Source: Callorhinchus milii
Lineage: Eukaryota
Reading direction: 5' to 3'
DNA length: 64,000 nt
NCBI RefSeq assembly: GCF_018977255.1
Contig: NW_024704743.1
Span: forward strand, 44,766,001-44,830,000
The position numbers and the translations under genes are program-made. Shown here one piece after another: positions 1 through 11,822 of the stretch. Position 1 is the first letter of the stretch. Each line of letters starts with the position of its first letter. Below the pieces are notes generated by a model. The model was not told the origin of the DNA, ran no database searches, and worked only from the letters and a program-made list of their open reading frames with translations.

Positions 1-836
1 TAAATCATGCTTTTGTTTACCATAAAACACAACAAAAGTAACTGGACTCTTTTTGTTTGAAAATAATCGGTGACGGCTTTACATTTTATGTTGATTGAGC
101 AAGATCACACGATCAGTTCGGATAAGGAAAACCCCTTTGGCTCATTTGATCTCATCCTTCCAGAATATCTGTGCATTTCATCTTTTTAATGTTCTACCTC
201 TTTTTCCACTTCATTGACACTCACTGGAGTATTGTTCCGTAGGTACAGGAAGTCATGTGGCACTGCACTCAAATAGCTTAGATATTCAGGTCTATTGTAG
301 ACCTAAAATATTAAAACACTAAAAATAGCGATCTCCTTGCTACATCTATAGAATGGGACTTTCCATTGCAAAAATAAATTGAGAAGTTTATTCATTTCAA
401 TAATCAAAGTATGATAGATTCAGAGACTATCAGCAACCTAAATAATATTAATATTTGTATTTAAATGGAAGCCACGTTTCTTAATAGATCTGAAGTGATA
501 ATTATCAGTAAAATTCCATCATTTCTTAAGTTTCCCACATTGAATCCGTTTGCAAATGTAAAAAATTTCCGCATCATATCTCAAAAAATTCTCCTTACCT
601 GTGTTACTTGGATGATATATCAGAGAGTCATAAAATATTTACAGTGCAGAGCGAGGCTCTTTAGCTCATTGTGTCTATGCTGGTGCTAGCTTCACCTACA
701 ACAATAATAGCAACAATAAATTGCATTTATATAGTGGCTTTCACATTAGAAGGACCTATTGGAGCTCCCATTCCCCTGATCTTTCCCTGAATCCTTTAAT
801 AACATTTATACTCAAGGTTCTCGTGAGTATAAATGT

Positions 837-1126
837 TATTGACTGTATATTTGTGGGTGAAACGTGACAGCCAATTGCGCACAGTAGTGCCTCATAAACA
901 GTCGTGGATTGAGTGATTAAATTAACAATAAATTATTATTGTTATTTTTGAAGGATTATTATCCCCGGAAAAGCGATCCGCCAATCGACTAACAACCAGG
1001 TTCCTACTTACTGCTGGGTAAACGGAGGCGTGTGGAGTAAGGAAACTTGCCCAACATTTTGCCCTGCCGGGAATAGAATCCAGGTCTCTCGCTTGCAAGG
1101 TGAGTGCTCTAACCACTGAGCTACAC
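837..1126 (-). mobile_element. Young tRNA(Ala)-like SINE, long variant, 3'-truncated
   Basis: Reverse complement reads gtagctcagtggttagagcactcaccttgcaagcgagagacctggattctattcccggc (A box TAGCTCAGTGG, TGC anticodon-like loop, degenerate B box), then the same body as the copies at 47715, 56318 and 63251. The tail is missing. Confidence 0.9.
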
Positions 1127-1679
1127 TAGGCAACCTAAATGTTACTGCTTGTTAGAATGAGTTTGATGGTCAGAGTGGGGAAGAGGAGGTTGTTGTTTGG
1201 AGTCCTACATTTTGTTATGGTAAAAAGTGTTGAGGTGAGGAAACCTGGGACACCAATGATTGCTTCCCAGTTATCTTTGTTGTTGGTGCTTTCACAACCT
1301 TGGAGACTTTTGAATTATTTGCTGCCTGTAAGAATGTGAGTGGTGGTTTATTTGAAAAGGTTTAAACTAATATGGATAAATTGCCATAATATTGCAGCAG
1401 AGAACTGATCTTCTTGTTATAGAGGAATGCAATATTGTAGCAAGATCAGTCCTATGATCTTCTTGCTCTGTGTGCAATATTGTAGCAATTCATCTACATT
1501 AGTTTAAATCTTTCTAGAGTAAATTGAGAGCTGGTGAATAAAACTTTAAGGTGAGTGAGCTCACTTAACTCACAGTATTGCTAGAATTCCTGAAACATAA
1601 CTCACAATACCGTTGGAATTCCTGAAACACCTTGTTTAGCTAAAAATGATAATATGAATCTTAAATCTTAAAACTGTTG

Positions 1680-2152
1680 ACCATTCTATCCTTCTCCACC
1701 GCTTTTCCTCACAGCTCAATCTTTGCGGACCTACCCTTGCCTGGTTCAAATCCTACCTTTCCCACCATCTTCACTTTGTCTCCACTAACAGCCTCTCCTT
1801 CAACCCCCACCGAGGCCCTCCTGCTTAGCTTCTGTCATCGCCTCCTTACCTCGGGTGCTGACAGCATCATCTTACATGGTTGCACTCTACACGTCATGTA
1901 GTCAATACGGAACCTCGGCAGCTTATTCGACCCTCAACTGTCCTTCATCCCCCATATCCGTGCCATGACCCGCTCCGCCTTTCCCCATCTCCACAACATT
2001 GCCTGGCTCCGCCATGGTCTCTCACCGCAGGCCGACGAGATCCTCATCCACGCATTCATCACATCCAGGCTCGACTACGCAAACTGCCTACTTGTCGGCC
2101 TCCCCAGCTCCTCCCTCCACAGACTACAGATCATCCAGAACTCTGTAGCCTG
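1680..2152 (+). mobile_element. L2-clade LINE ORF2 C-terminal fragment, degraded
   Basis: ORF 1965-2258 begins AFPHLHNIAWLR..LIHAFITSRLDYANCLLVGLP..LQIIQNS, the L2 post-RT signature also seen at 11071. The 5' boundary is approximate. Confidence 0.85.
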
Positions 2153-3419
2153 TGAGCTTCATTCTCATTCAGGTCCTCGAATGAAGAGAGATCAATTTCT
2201 GCTAGTTCTCTTATCTGTTCATCCCAAAGCCATTGAATGTGGATCCTCTGTATTGTAAAAAGCTGTCAGAATTCACCAGTCTCCTTTAAAAAATAGTCAC
2301 TGAGAAGTAGTCATCATGATATGAGACTGATAGGGGATGGCTCCCTGCAGTCTACTTCCTTGTTAATGGTGTAGTTATTCATAGTTTAAATTTAGTGATA
2401 CATTGTAATCATCTAACAGTGATAAAACCATGCTTCATAGATTAAGCCTGAGTCTTCTTTGTTGCATGAATTTTGAAATTCCTACCCCTCACGATTCGCT
2501 TATTAAAGCAGACTGTTCACCCCGCAGTTATAGTGCAGCGCTTCTTCTGAGACATTTTTGCATTATTCTTAGCCCAGTGAGTAAAGTTGAATTGACATAG
2601 TTTGAAAATATTGAGTAATGTTATTGAACTTGTAATACATCTTTGGCATTCTTTAATCCCCTACATCAAAGGATTAACAGCTAAACTCATTAATTCTCAG
2701 GCCCTTATCCCTCCTGTCCAATTAATTATGCATAACAGGATGTTCCAGAACAATGATGAAGCAAATTGATTTTTTTCCGAGGTTGTCTTGTCTAGTCCAA
2801 TGCCTGGAAGATGTATAGTACTGGCAGCATATACCTTTGCCGGGACATCTAAAAAAGTGAGCAGTTCAAATCAATAGGTCTTGTGTTTTTTTTGAGCTAC
2901 GTTGAAACCCAATCTGTCCCCATTACTCATTCTGTCTGACATTCAATTTATCCATTAATCAAGCAGTTTTAAAAAATATCAATTTGTCTTTTGACTAGGG
3001 AGAGGAGAACCACTTCTATATTGAAGTCTCCCTCCTTTGTATTTTAATGTTTATGGAGCAAGCATCTACTTATCTTCCTCCCCTTTTTAAATTCTTCGAC
3101 GCCGTGGACTATTCTGTAAGAGTTGGCAACTAATCATGTTTCAAGCCTCCACTAACGCTGCTCTTGTCTGCTGATAGTGGGTGTACAGTGACATTATTTA
3201 TCCTCTGATTTTCCCCTCCCCATAATGAAGTGTTTGATTTCCACTTGCCCACTCAATGATTCATCTGAGATTCATTTAGTCAAAATAGAGCAGATGAACA
3301 GTTCTAGGGAACGTCTCTCTGAATGTTCTAATTTGCAATCTGTACCTCATCTACACCTCAAGTTCTAATCTCTCCTTTACAAAACTGTGAAAAAAATACT
3401 CACCAGATATAAAGGAGAA

Positions 3420-5016
3420 AATTTGCGAGCACCTCACTTAAGCAGAATCCAGCAGCGTGAGGAGGGAACTAAGTGAGGTGGAATAGAATGACAATTCTGT
3501 TAAGGAATTTGGTGAGAGTGGGAATTCAGTGCAGAGGGGGAAAGAGGTGCAGAATTATAAAATATATAATATTTGTATTAAAATAATATAAAATATGTCT
3601 GGGAATATAGTAAGGCAGCTGAGACTGGGTGCATGCACAATGTGTGCTATTTGGGAACTCCACGATGCTTTGTGTGCCCTGGACAGACATGTGCATAAGA
3701 AGTGTCTCCGGCTGCTCGGATTTATTAAAGGAAAATCATGTCTAACAAACCTGATTGAGTTTTTGATAAAGTAACAGAGAGGGTGGATGAAGGTAATGCA
3801 GTTGTAGTTTATACGGATTTTCAAAAGGCGTTTGATAAAGTGCCACATAATAATATAATAATAATATAAGAGACAAAATAGAAGCCCACAGTATTAAAGG
3901 GACAGTGGTAGCATGAATACAGAACTGGCTGGGAGACAGAAAGTAGAGCGTAGTGGTGAATGGTTGTTTTTCTGACTGGAGGGAAGTATGTAGTGGTATC
4001 CCCCAGGGATCAGTATTGGGACCACTGCTGTTTTTGATCTATATAAATGACCTGGACTTGGGTATAGGGAGTACAATTCCCAAGTTTGCAGATGATACTA
4101 AGCTAGGAACAGTAGTAAACAGTGAGGAGGATAGTAGCAGATTGCAATTGGACATAGACAGACTGGTAAAATGGGCAGTCACGTGCCAGATGAAGTTTAA
4201 TGTGGAGAAATGCGAAGTGATGGATTTTGGGAGGAAGAATGAGGAGAGGCAATATAAACTAAATGGTACAATCTTAAAGGCAGTGAAGGAACAGAGAGAT
4301 CTGGGGGTTCATATAAGTAAATCTTTGAAAGTGGTAGGACAGGAGGATTAAGCTGTTAAAAAAAACATATGGTTTACTAAGCTTTATAAATAGGGGCATA
4401 GAATACAAAAGTCAGGACGTTATGGTAAAATTTTACAAAACACTGGTTAGGCCTCAGCGAGAGTACTGTGTTCAGTTCTGGGCACCACACTTTAAGAAGG
4501 ATGTCAAGGCATTGGAGAGGGTGCAAAGGAGATTTACCAGGATGGTAACAGGAATAAGGGACTTCAGTTATCAGGAGAAGCTAGAGAAGCTGGAATTATT
4601 CTCCTTGGAGCAGAGAAGGTTAAGAGGAGATTTAATAGAAGTTTTCAAAAGTATGAGGGGATTCAATACGATGAACAAAGAAAAAACAATTTCCACTGGC
4701 AGGTGCGTCGGTAACCCGAAGACACTGATTTAAAATAATTGTTAACGGAAACAGAGGGAAGGTGATGAGAATTTTTTTTACACAGCGAGTTGTTCAGATC
4801 TGCAATGCGTTGCCTGAAAGGGTGGTGGAAGCCAATTCGATAACAACTTTTAAGAGAGAAGTAAATAATTATTTGGGGAGGACAATTTTACAGGGCTATG
4901 GGGAGAGAGCGGGAGAGTGAGATTGAATTGGATAGCTCTTTTCCAAGAGCCGACACAGACACGATTGGTCGAATGGCCTCCTTCTGAGCTCTATAATTCG
5001 ATGATTCTATGATTCT
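3420..5016 (+). mobile_element. CR1 LINE, internally deleted (5' UTR and ORF1 start joined to RT and 3' end)
   Basis: RT motifs [55 protein letters not shown] and YCVQFWAPH..LERVQRRFTRM..RRLRGDLIEVFK, with frameshifts. Tail attcgatgattctatgattct ends at about 5016. A Cys-rich ORF1-like start lies at 3595. The 5' end is approximate. Confidence 0.92.
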
Positions 5017-7309
5017 TTGAAATTTTGTGAATTTCCAGAAAAGATCTCCATCTGACCACGTGCTGTATCTAAGAGCTATCAGTTCTCAGAACTCTTGAGT
5101 TTTTGATTTCCACATAGGTCGGACTAAGATTGCCATGACGAAATAGGCCCAAAACACTCCCCATAATGCTCAACTATTCAAATACAAGGACTATTATTAT
5201 TACTTTTCAATTGATTTACAATTCTTATTGGAATAAATGTAATGTCATCAAAGCTTTATTATATCAGGTGTTTGGGTGATTTCAGGGGAATGTTGCTTTT
5301 GATGCCACCCATTTAGGGTCAATTTATATACATTCTCCATGATTTGGTAATTTTAAGAGAGGATTGTGAATCTTCAAACATTTGTCAAAGAAGTATGAGG
5401 TCCGAATTGTTTTATTGCATTTGTTAATGAGATTCCTTAATAAGGAATCCTGTTAGAATTTCTGTTGATATAGAAAAAAACTTCTAGACTTACTTACTAC
5501 ATCTAGAAAGAACTCTTTTAACCTTATCATACTGAAACATCAAAAGTGCCTTATCAGAGTTCTGAGATGCTATCTCGCATGAAGAGCGCTATGTAAATGC
5601 AAGTTTTGTTGTTGTTGTTGATGTTATCACTTTGAAACATCACAAGTAAATAATGTCAATTGTAATGTCTGGTTTTGTAACCTTGCACAGCGGAAAATTT
5701 GCGTTACCAAGATCACACAAACCATAGGACCGTTAATCTGGAGACTTGTTGGTCAGGAAAAATTCCTTTCTCTTTTCAAGTAATATAATTGAGGTTGTTA
5801 ACATTCATTTGAAGAACTGACAGTGTCAATGTGTAAAGCAATATACAATAGTTTAGTAGCTTTTATAGACTCCATAGGTCAGTGATAGCCAACTTGTGGC
5901 TCGAGGATCCTTCAAGAAGCGCCCCCAAGACATTTGCACCAGTCTAGATAAGTCAGTGTTTTCATTTTTCTATTATTGAATATTTCTTGATTCACGGCGT
6001 ATATCAAGAAATATTCAATCAAGAAAATGTATTTTGTTGGCAGACTGTAAATGTTGGCTACCGCAGCCATAGGCGTATATATTCTTTTGTGGATAGTCAA
6101 TATAGATGATTTGGCTTCTTGTGTTTAGCTCGATAAAATTAGACCGGAAGCGTGCAAAGAAATTCTGTAATTGAATTACTTATTCCGTCATGCAACATTA
6201 CCTCAGTCAAAATTATATTACATTAAATAATTGTTCACTCGAGTATGTTCTTGGGTTGAAGTAAAGAAATGACAGTTGTTATAAAATAAAGTTAAAGTTT
6301 AATTCATCTTAATGAAAACCACAAGTCCAAATGACAGTTCAGGAATTTTCTTATGCACATTTCAGAAGCCTTCTTAATCAACACCTAACTCTGACTATTC
6401 TGTCTTATTCAAGGCAGATCAATGACAGTATGATCACATTGCACTGCAAAATGCAATGCCCAAGTTTCAACAGACAATGGGATTTAGCTACACAATAATC
6501 GCTGAACTGTGGGGATAGTTAAAGCTTTTTTTCTAAGTCCCTTTATTCTTGATATGTGTAGTTTAAGATAGCATCAAGCTTCTGTTTGAATTTATCAAAA
6601 TTTGCTCAAAATGAGCAATGAGAATTCTGCTCCTTGGACTGTTCGGCATTTTTGGCTGCACGACAACAACAACAACTTGTATTTATATAGTATCACTCAC
6701 TTAGGATAACGTCTCAGGAAACTTCACAGGCACTGTTCACTGCAGTGCCCTCATTCTCGCATGTCAATTTGTTCCGGTAGATATCAAAGATCCAATGCCA
6801 CTATTTGAAAACAGAAGGGAACCTACAAAATACGTAGTTGACTCACTTTACCATGTATCCTGTGAAGTGCTTTCAGACGTGCTCCCAATGTGTAAGACGC
6901 TATAACAAGTGCAAGGATCATTATAATAGTCGCTGTGCCCAAGAATTTCTCTACTCCGATGCCATTTCCCATCATGGAGATAAACTAGAAATATACCGTT
7001 AAATTGAGACCTGAACTCTGGGCTCTTTTAGGAAGCAGCTTGAAGTTGTAATGGTAGGGAGTATACACTGAATGGATGAGATCCACTGGGCCTTCTTCAT
7101 CTGGGCATACTCCTGTGAACTTGTGAACTCATTTGATGTCTTGTGAAACAATGCTCAAATGGTATACCAGAGGACTTAAAACAAAGTCACTCTGGCTTTC
7201 CCAGCACCCATATTGTGCTAATTTTTTTTCTCAGATGATGATTAGGAGCAAACCAATGTGTACAAGTCACACTGAATCTGTTCTGAAATGTCACAAATTT
7301 CACCTTATA

Positions 7310-8185
7310 AAAGGTGACATGTCTGGCAATCGAATGTCGAAATCGAGCCAGCCCTCTGTAAGGGTCTCGGTAGTCTGGTTCCTGAGCCAGTCAGGTCCGC
7401 AGTATTCCTGGCCACTGCTTCTGACAGCACAGCCAGCCTGGCTCATCAGCAGGACCTGAAAGGGCACACCAATCACTAGGGGCAGGGAGTCATCTCACTC
7501 AGCTCCTGTTAACCCTGCAAGCCAAAGCCCTAATGAGTAGGGTGGTTCTAGCTGGATAATAATAATAATAAATAATAATCCTTGCATTTGATATAGTGCT
7601 TTTCACATCTTCTAGACATCTCAAAGCACTTCACAGAATAGACTGTAAAGTGAATTGACTGTATATTTGTGGGTGAAATGCAGCAGCCATTTGCGCACAG
7701 CAGTGTCCCACAAACAGTCGTGGATTGAAGTGGCTAATTTATTATTTTTTTTTCTTGAGGGATTATTATCAGGCATATGGAGTAAGGAAACTTGCCCAAG
7801 GTTTCACCCTGCCAGGAATCGAACCCAGGTCTCTTGCTTGCAAAGCGAGTGCTCTAACCACTGAACTACAGGACAAGCAGCAGGAGAGCTTGCTAGACAG
7901 CAATATCAATGGCAACCTATGTGATTTTAGCTGGTTAGACTCCAGCAGTACCCCGACACAAACTCTGGGGTCCCCAAGCCTTGGCTCTTGCCAATCCAAG
8001 CCTAATACTTTCCGGAATTATATTAGCAGGATGCATCTCTCCAGGGAGAGAGTGCACATTCCATTTCAGCAGTCTATCTCTGGGATTTCCATGTGTAGGT
8101 GGGATGCATGGAAATCTCAGCTTGGTTTGGATACTCTTAAGCATGGTGATGGGTTTCCGCATGTGTCAGAATCCCAGCTGACCCA
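7310..8185 (+). repeat. Unclassified interspersed repeat, copy 1, split by a SINE at 7556-7874
   Basis: Shares blocks with 22285-22803, 34338-35945 and 49962-50205, for example ctccagcagtacccc and atactcttaagcatggtgatgggtttc.gcatgtgtcaga...ctgacc. Confidence 0.8.
7556..7874 (-). mobile_element. Young tRNA-derived SINE, short variant
   Basis: The reverse complement has the tRNA head, B box GGTTCGATTCC, the gcct|gataataatcc short junction, an L2-like tail and (ATT)n. Confidence 0.93.
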
Positions 8186-10699
8186 TAATTTTTGTGAATG
8201 TAGGAAACATAGGAAAACAGGAGCAGGAGAGTTTGTTTAAATTAGATCAGATCAGACTACATTAGAATAGATTAGATTAGATTTGGGCAGAATCAGGATT
8301 GAAATATTTTGTTCAGTTTTTCTTAACTGCCTGAAAAATACTATAATTGAAGTGTTAATTCAACAGAATATTGAAGGTTTAACAGTGTTCCAGTTGCAGA
8401 GAGTACTGAAGAATCCACAAGTGGGGTTAATGATCTGAAAAGCAGGGAGACATAACCAACGACAATATAAAAAGTGTTCAGTGTTGCTCACCCAAAAATT
8501 CTCAAATATGTTAAATATTGAGGGAGGGGGACCCATAGCATAGAATACTGGCATTTTATCAAGATTATTTATGATGAATAAATAATATCAAGTAATTCAT
8601 TGAATCTTCTGATTATTAATAGCTCCTTACATCAACATGCTGAAAAGATATGCTACGACCGTGAGGTCAGAAATAAAATGCAATGTGGATCAGATGTTTT
8701 AGGCAGCACATCCAAAAGAATTCATCATCAATTTTACATTTATATTTCCACAGATATTCTTCAATAGCTGAAGACACAGATGGCATTTTCTGCGGAGGAA
8801 CGTACTTTAAGGCCATTTCTAACAAGAATAAATAAAAACAAGACTGCAGGATTATAAGCGAATGGATTCCCTTCACAGTCTTCATTGTAACCAGTATAAT
8901 AATAATATTATTATTATTATGTCTATAGACTAGGTCAAAGTTCAGAAGACAGGGTGAGAAAAATACATGTCCAGGTGAAAACTTTTGAAAAGCTTCAGGA
9001 CACCTTGTCAAAATGATACCTCAGTAAAATGAACTAGACTTCAACCAATTCTTCCTACAGCAAGTCCTAATGCAATTGCACTGACACAATGACACAATGA
9101 AAAGATGCTTATAAAAATAATGGTGGAAATGGTGCCTCGACCAGCAAAAACAGCCTCAGCTAAGGGTGCAGCTTCTCTAGAGAACACCATTTACAGCATG
9201 TGACCCTTGAGGTCTCTGCTCCAAGGTGATATTGGGTCAGAGCCGAGTTCTCATACATGGAGTTCCCTGTAAGAGACCCACTTTATTTCCCAAACCACAT
9301 TTGGCATGCTAACCCATTTAAGATGCTGTTTTTCCGACTGGCACTTTTTCAATTCCATTATCAGTTTGTAGCATGCTGGGCAGCACTACCACAGTCAAGC
9401 TGTTGACTAATTGCTGCAAAGTCAACCATCCTCTATGGAAGTTTGTGGATGTCAATAGGTAAAGGTTCATGCATTTGTGTGATGGCTACTGTTCTAGTAG
9501 GACTGATGTGCTATTTTGCCCTGAAGCTGACACAGTGGAGGTTCCCGCCACAGATTCAGATGAGATATGTTATTCTACTTGTACTGCACAGATTCATTGT
9601 TATGCATGTGATTTCATACTGAAGACACTTTAAATATTTATAGTACTTTTCTCAGAAAAAAAATTGTGTTTGATCTTTGTTTAAACAAATGTAAAATAAA
9701 TCAGTTGACATTTTATCACTTCTCCATCCTGTTGATTTTTGATGAGGAATGGATTGGGCTTGGCTTGTAGATCCTCATACAAGAATAATGGAAACTTGGG
9801 CGAGATACTGAGGGGTGATCAGATGCAAGGACAAGGAGAAATAATTCAGTTGCCTTCAGGAGAGGTGAAGTGGAAAGGGCAAAAATTGATCAATACAAAA
9901 TATGTTTTAAATCAAATGTACTTTCCAACATAATGTAACAGTGTAACTATGCAAAGTGCAAGTATTACCCATGCATCAGGAACGCGTCACAGAAGGATAA
10001 TCAGGCTTCCCAGTTGTCACACTCCTCCAGGATTCATACCTATGTAAGACAGTTATCTGTGAGAAAATATCATTGTAAGACAGTCAGACATATTAAACCA
10101 TTCTTCATATTTGACTTAAATAGGCCATTGCTACTGCAACAGAAAATAAATAAAATGAGTCTGGCTTATTCAATTGAGATCCACCTCCAAATAATTGACT
10201 TCAATTGGTATTTAGTCAAAATGAGGTATTCTGTTACTTCTATGACTGTTGTGTGGGTGATGATGTGTAAAGTAGATTACAAGGATTGTTTTTACAGTCA
10301 TGATATATTCTCTGTTCTTCAAAAAACTGCAATCCTTTCTATTCTACAGAGAACTTGTAGATCACCAGGAGTGTGACATGATAGCCAGTTATCTATGGGA
10401 TGTTCTTTAAAGGAAAGTGCCCAGCAGATACCAGAGGTTAATATTCATAAATTATTTGTGAGCATAATTTTTTGAAAGATTTTTACCTCCCCCTGCAAGA
10501 CTGGAACAAAAGCACAAGAGGGACACAAGCCAAAAGGAGCATTCCACTCCAAGCACAATAGGTGTAATTGTGACAGGACACTTTTCGTGGCTTCTCCCCC
10601 AGGTTCAAATGCTTCAACAAAATCTTGTCAGGGACTGAGAAAATAAATGAACTGAACAGTAAATGTTAATATTTATTAAAATAGGCATTATGTGCTTTC

Positions 10700-11050
10700 T
10701 TAGGAAAACGTGCATGTTTCGTAGCACTTTAGTGCATCAGATCATCTCAAAACGCTTCATAGGTAATTACTGTCAAGTGTAGCGACTGGTTTTGTAAGCA
10801 ATCGCTGTAGCCATTTGCACCAGCAGGGTCATCCAAACAGCCATGATGTGATTTATCTGGAAGATTATTGCCCAGATACCAGGAGAAATTCCCTTCTCTT
10901 TTTGAACAATGTCCTAGGATTTTTAACATAAAGACAGACATGACCTCACGTTAAAGGTTCATATGAAAGATGTCATCTCTGACATTGCAAGCTTCACCTG
11001 AGATAGAAAATGCTTATGAGCCCTCAGTGGAGTTGAGCTTTGGAACCATG
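10700..11050 (-). mobile_element. Old Deu-domain SINE, degraded
   Basis: The reverse complement matches the blocks of the 39612 and 48835 copies (gatgacatctttc, ttaacgtgaggtc, taaaaatcctaggaca, ttcaaaaagagaagggaatttctcc, ggctgtttgg). Confidence 0.6.
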
Positions 11051-11096
11051 GTTGGGGTGGAGAGTTAAGAATGGGTGTAAGCTTTCCATTGTGGTT

Positions 11097-11822
11097 CCCT
11101 CATATTCGCGCCACAACTGGCACCGCCTTCCATCACCTCCGGAATGTCGCCAGACTACGGCACTACCTCACCCCTCACGCTGCTGAAACTCTGATCCACG
11201 CCTTTATCACCTCAAGGATGGACTATGGGAACTCTCTCCTCTCCGGTCTTCCCGGCACCTCCCTCCACAAGCTGCAGGTCATTCAGAACTCTGCAGCTCG
11301 TGTACTGTCCCGCACCAGGCTTCGCGATCACATCACTCCCACCCTCGCTCACCTCCACTGGCTCCCCATCCCCCAGAGGATCGAATTCAAGATCCTCATC
11401 CTCACCTACAAGGCCATTCATGGCCTCGCTCCCTCCTACCTCTCTGACCTACTATCCCCCTACCTACCTGCCCGTACCCTCCATTCCTCTGGCTCCGGTC
11501 TCCTCCACATCCCCCGCCCCAACCGCCCTACGATCGGTGGCCGGGCCTTCAGCCTCTCAGGCCCTAGGCTCTGGAACTCCATCCCCCAGTGCCTTCACCG
11601 CCTCCTCCCTTTCCTCCTTCAAGGCCGGTCTCAAGACCTTTCTCTTTGACCGTGCCTTCAGCTCCCCTCTCGACTCTCTATCCCCTCCTCGCTCCCTACC
11701 TTCCCTCCCCTCACCCTGACCATTTCCCCCCTGCTCGGGTCCTGACCCAATGTACAGCGCCTTGGGACGTCCTCCCGACGTGAAAGGCGCTCTATAAATG
11801 AAATCTTGTTGTTGTTGTTGTT
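11097..11822 (+). mobile_element. L2 LINE 3' portion, young subfamily, (GTT)n tail
   Basis: ORF 11071-11649 reads AFHHLRNVARLR..SRMDYGNSLL..LHWLPIPQRIEFKILILTYKA..GGRAFS..LWNS. The 3' stem-loop agcgccttgggacgtcctcccgacgtgaaaggcgct is followed by (GTT)n. Confidence 0.95.
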
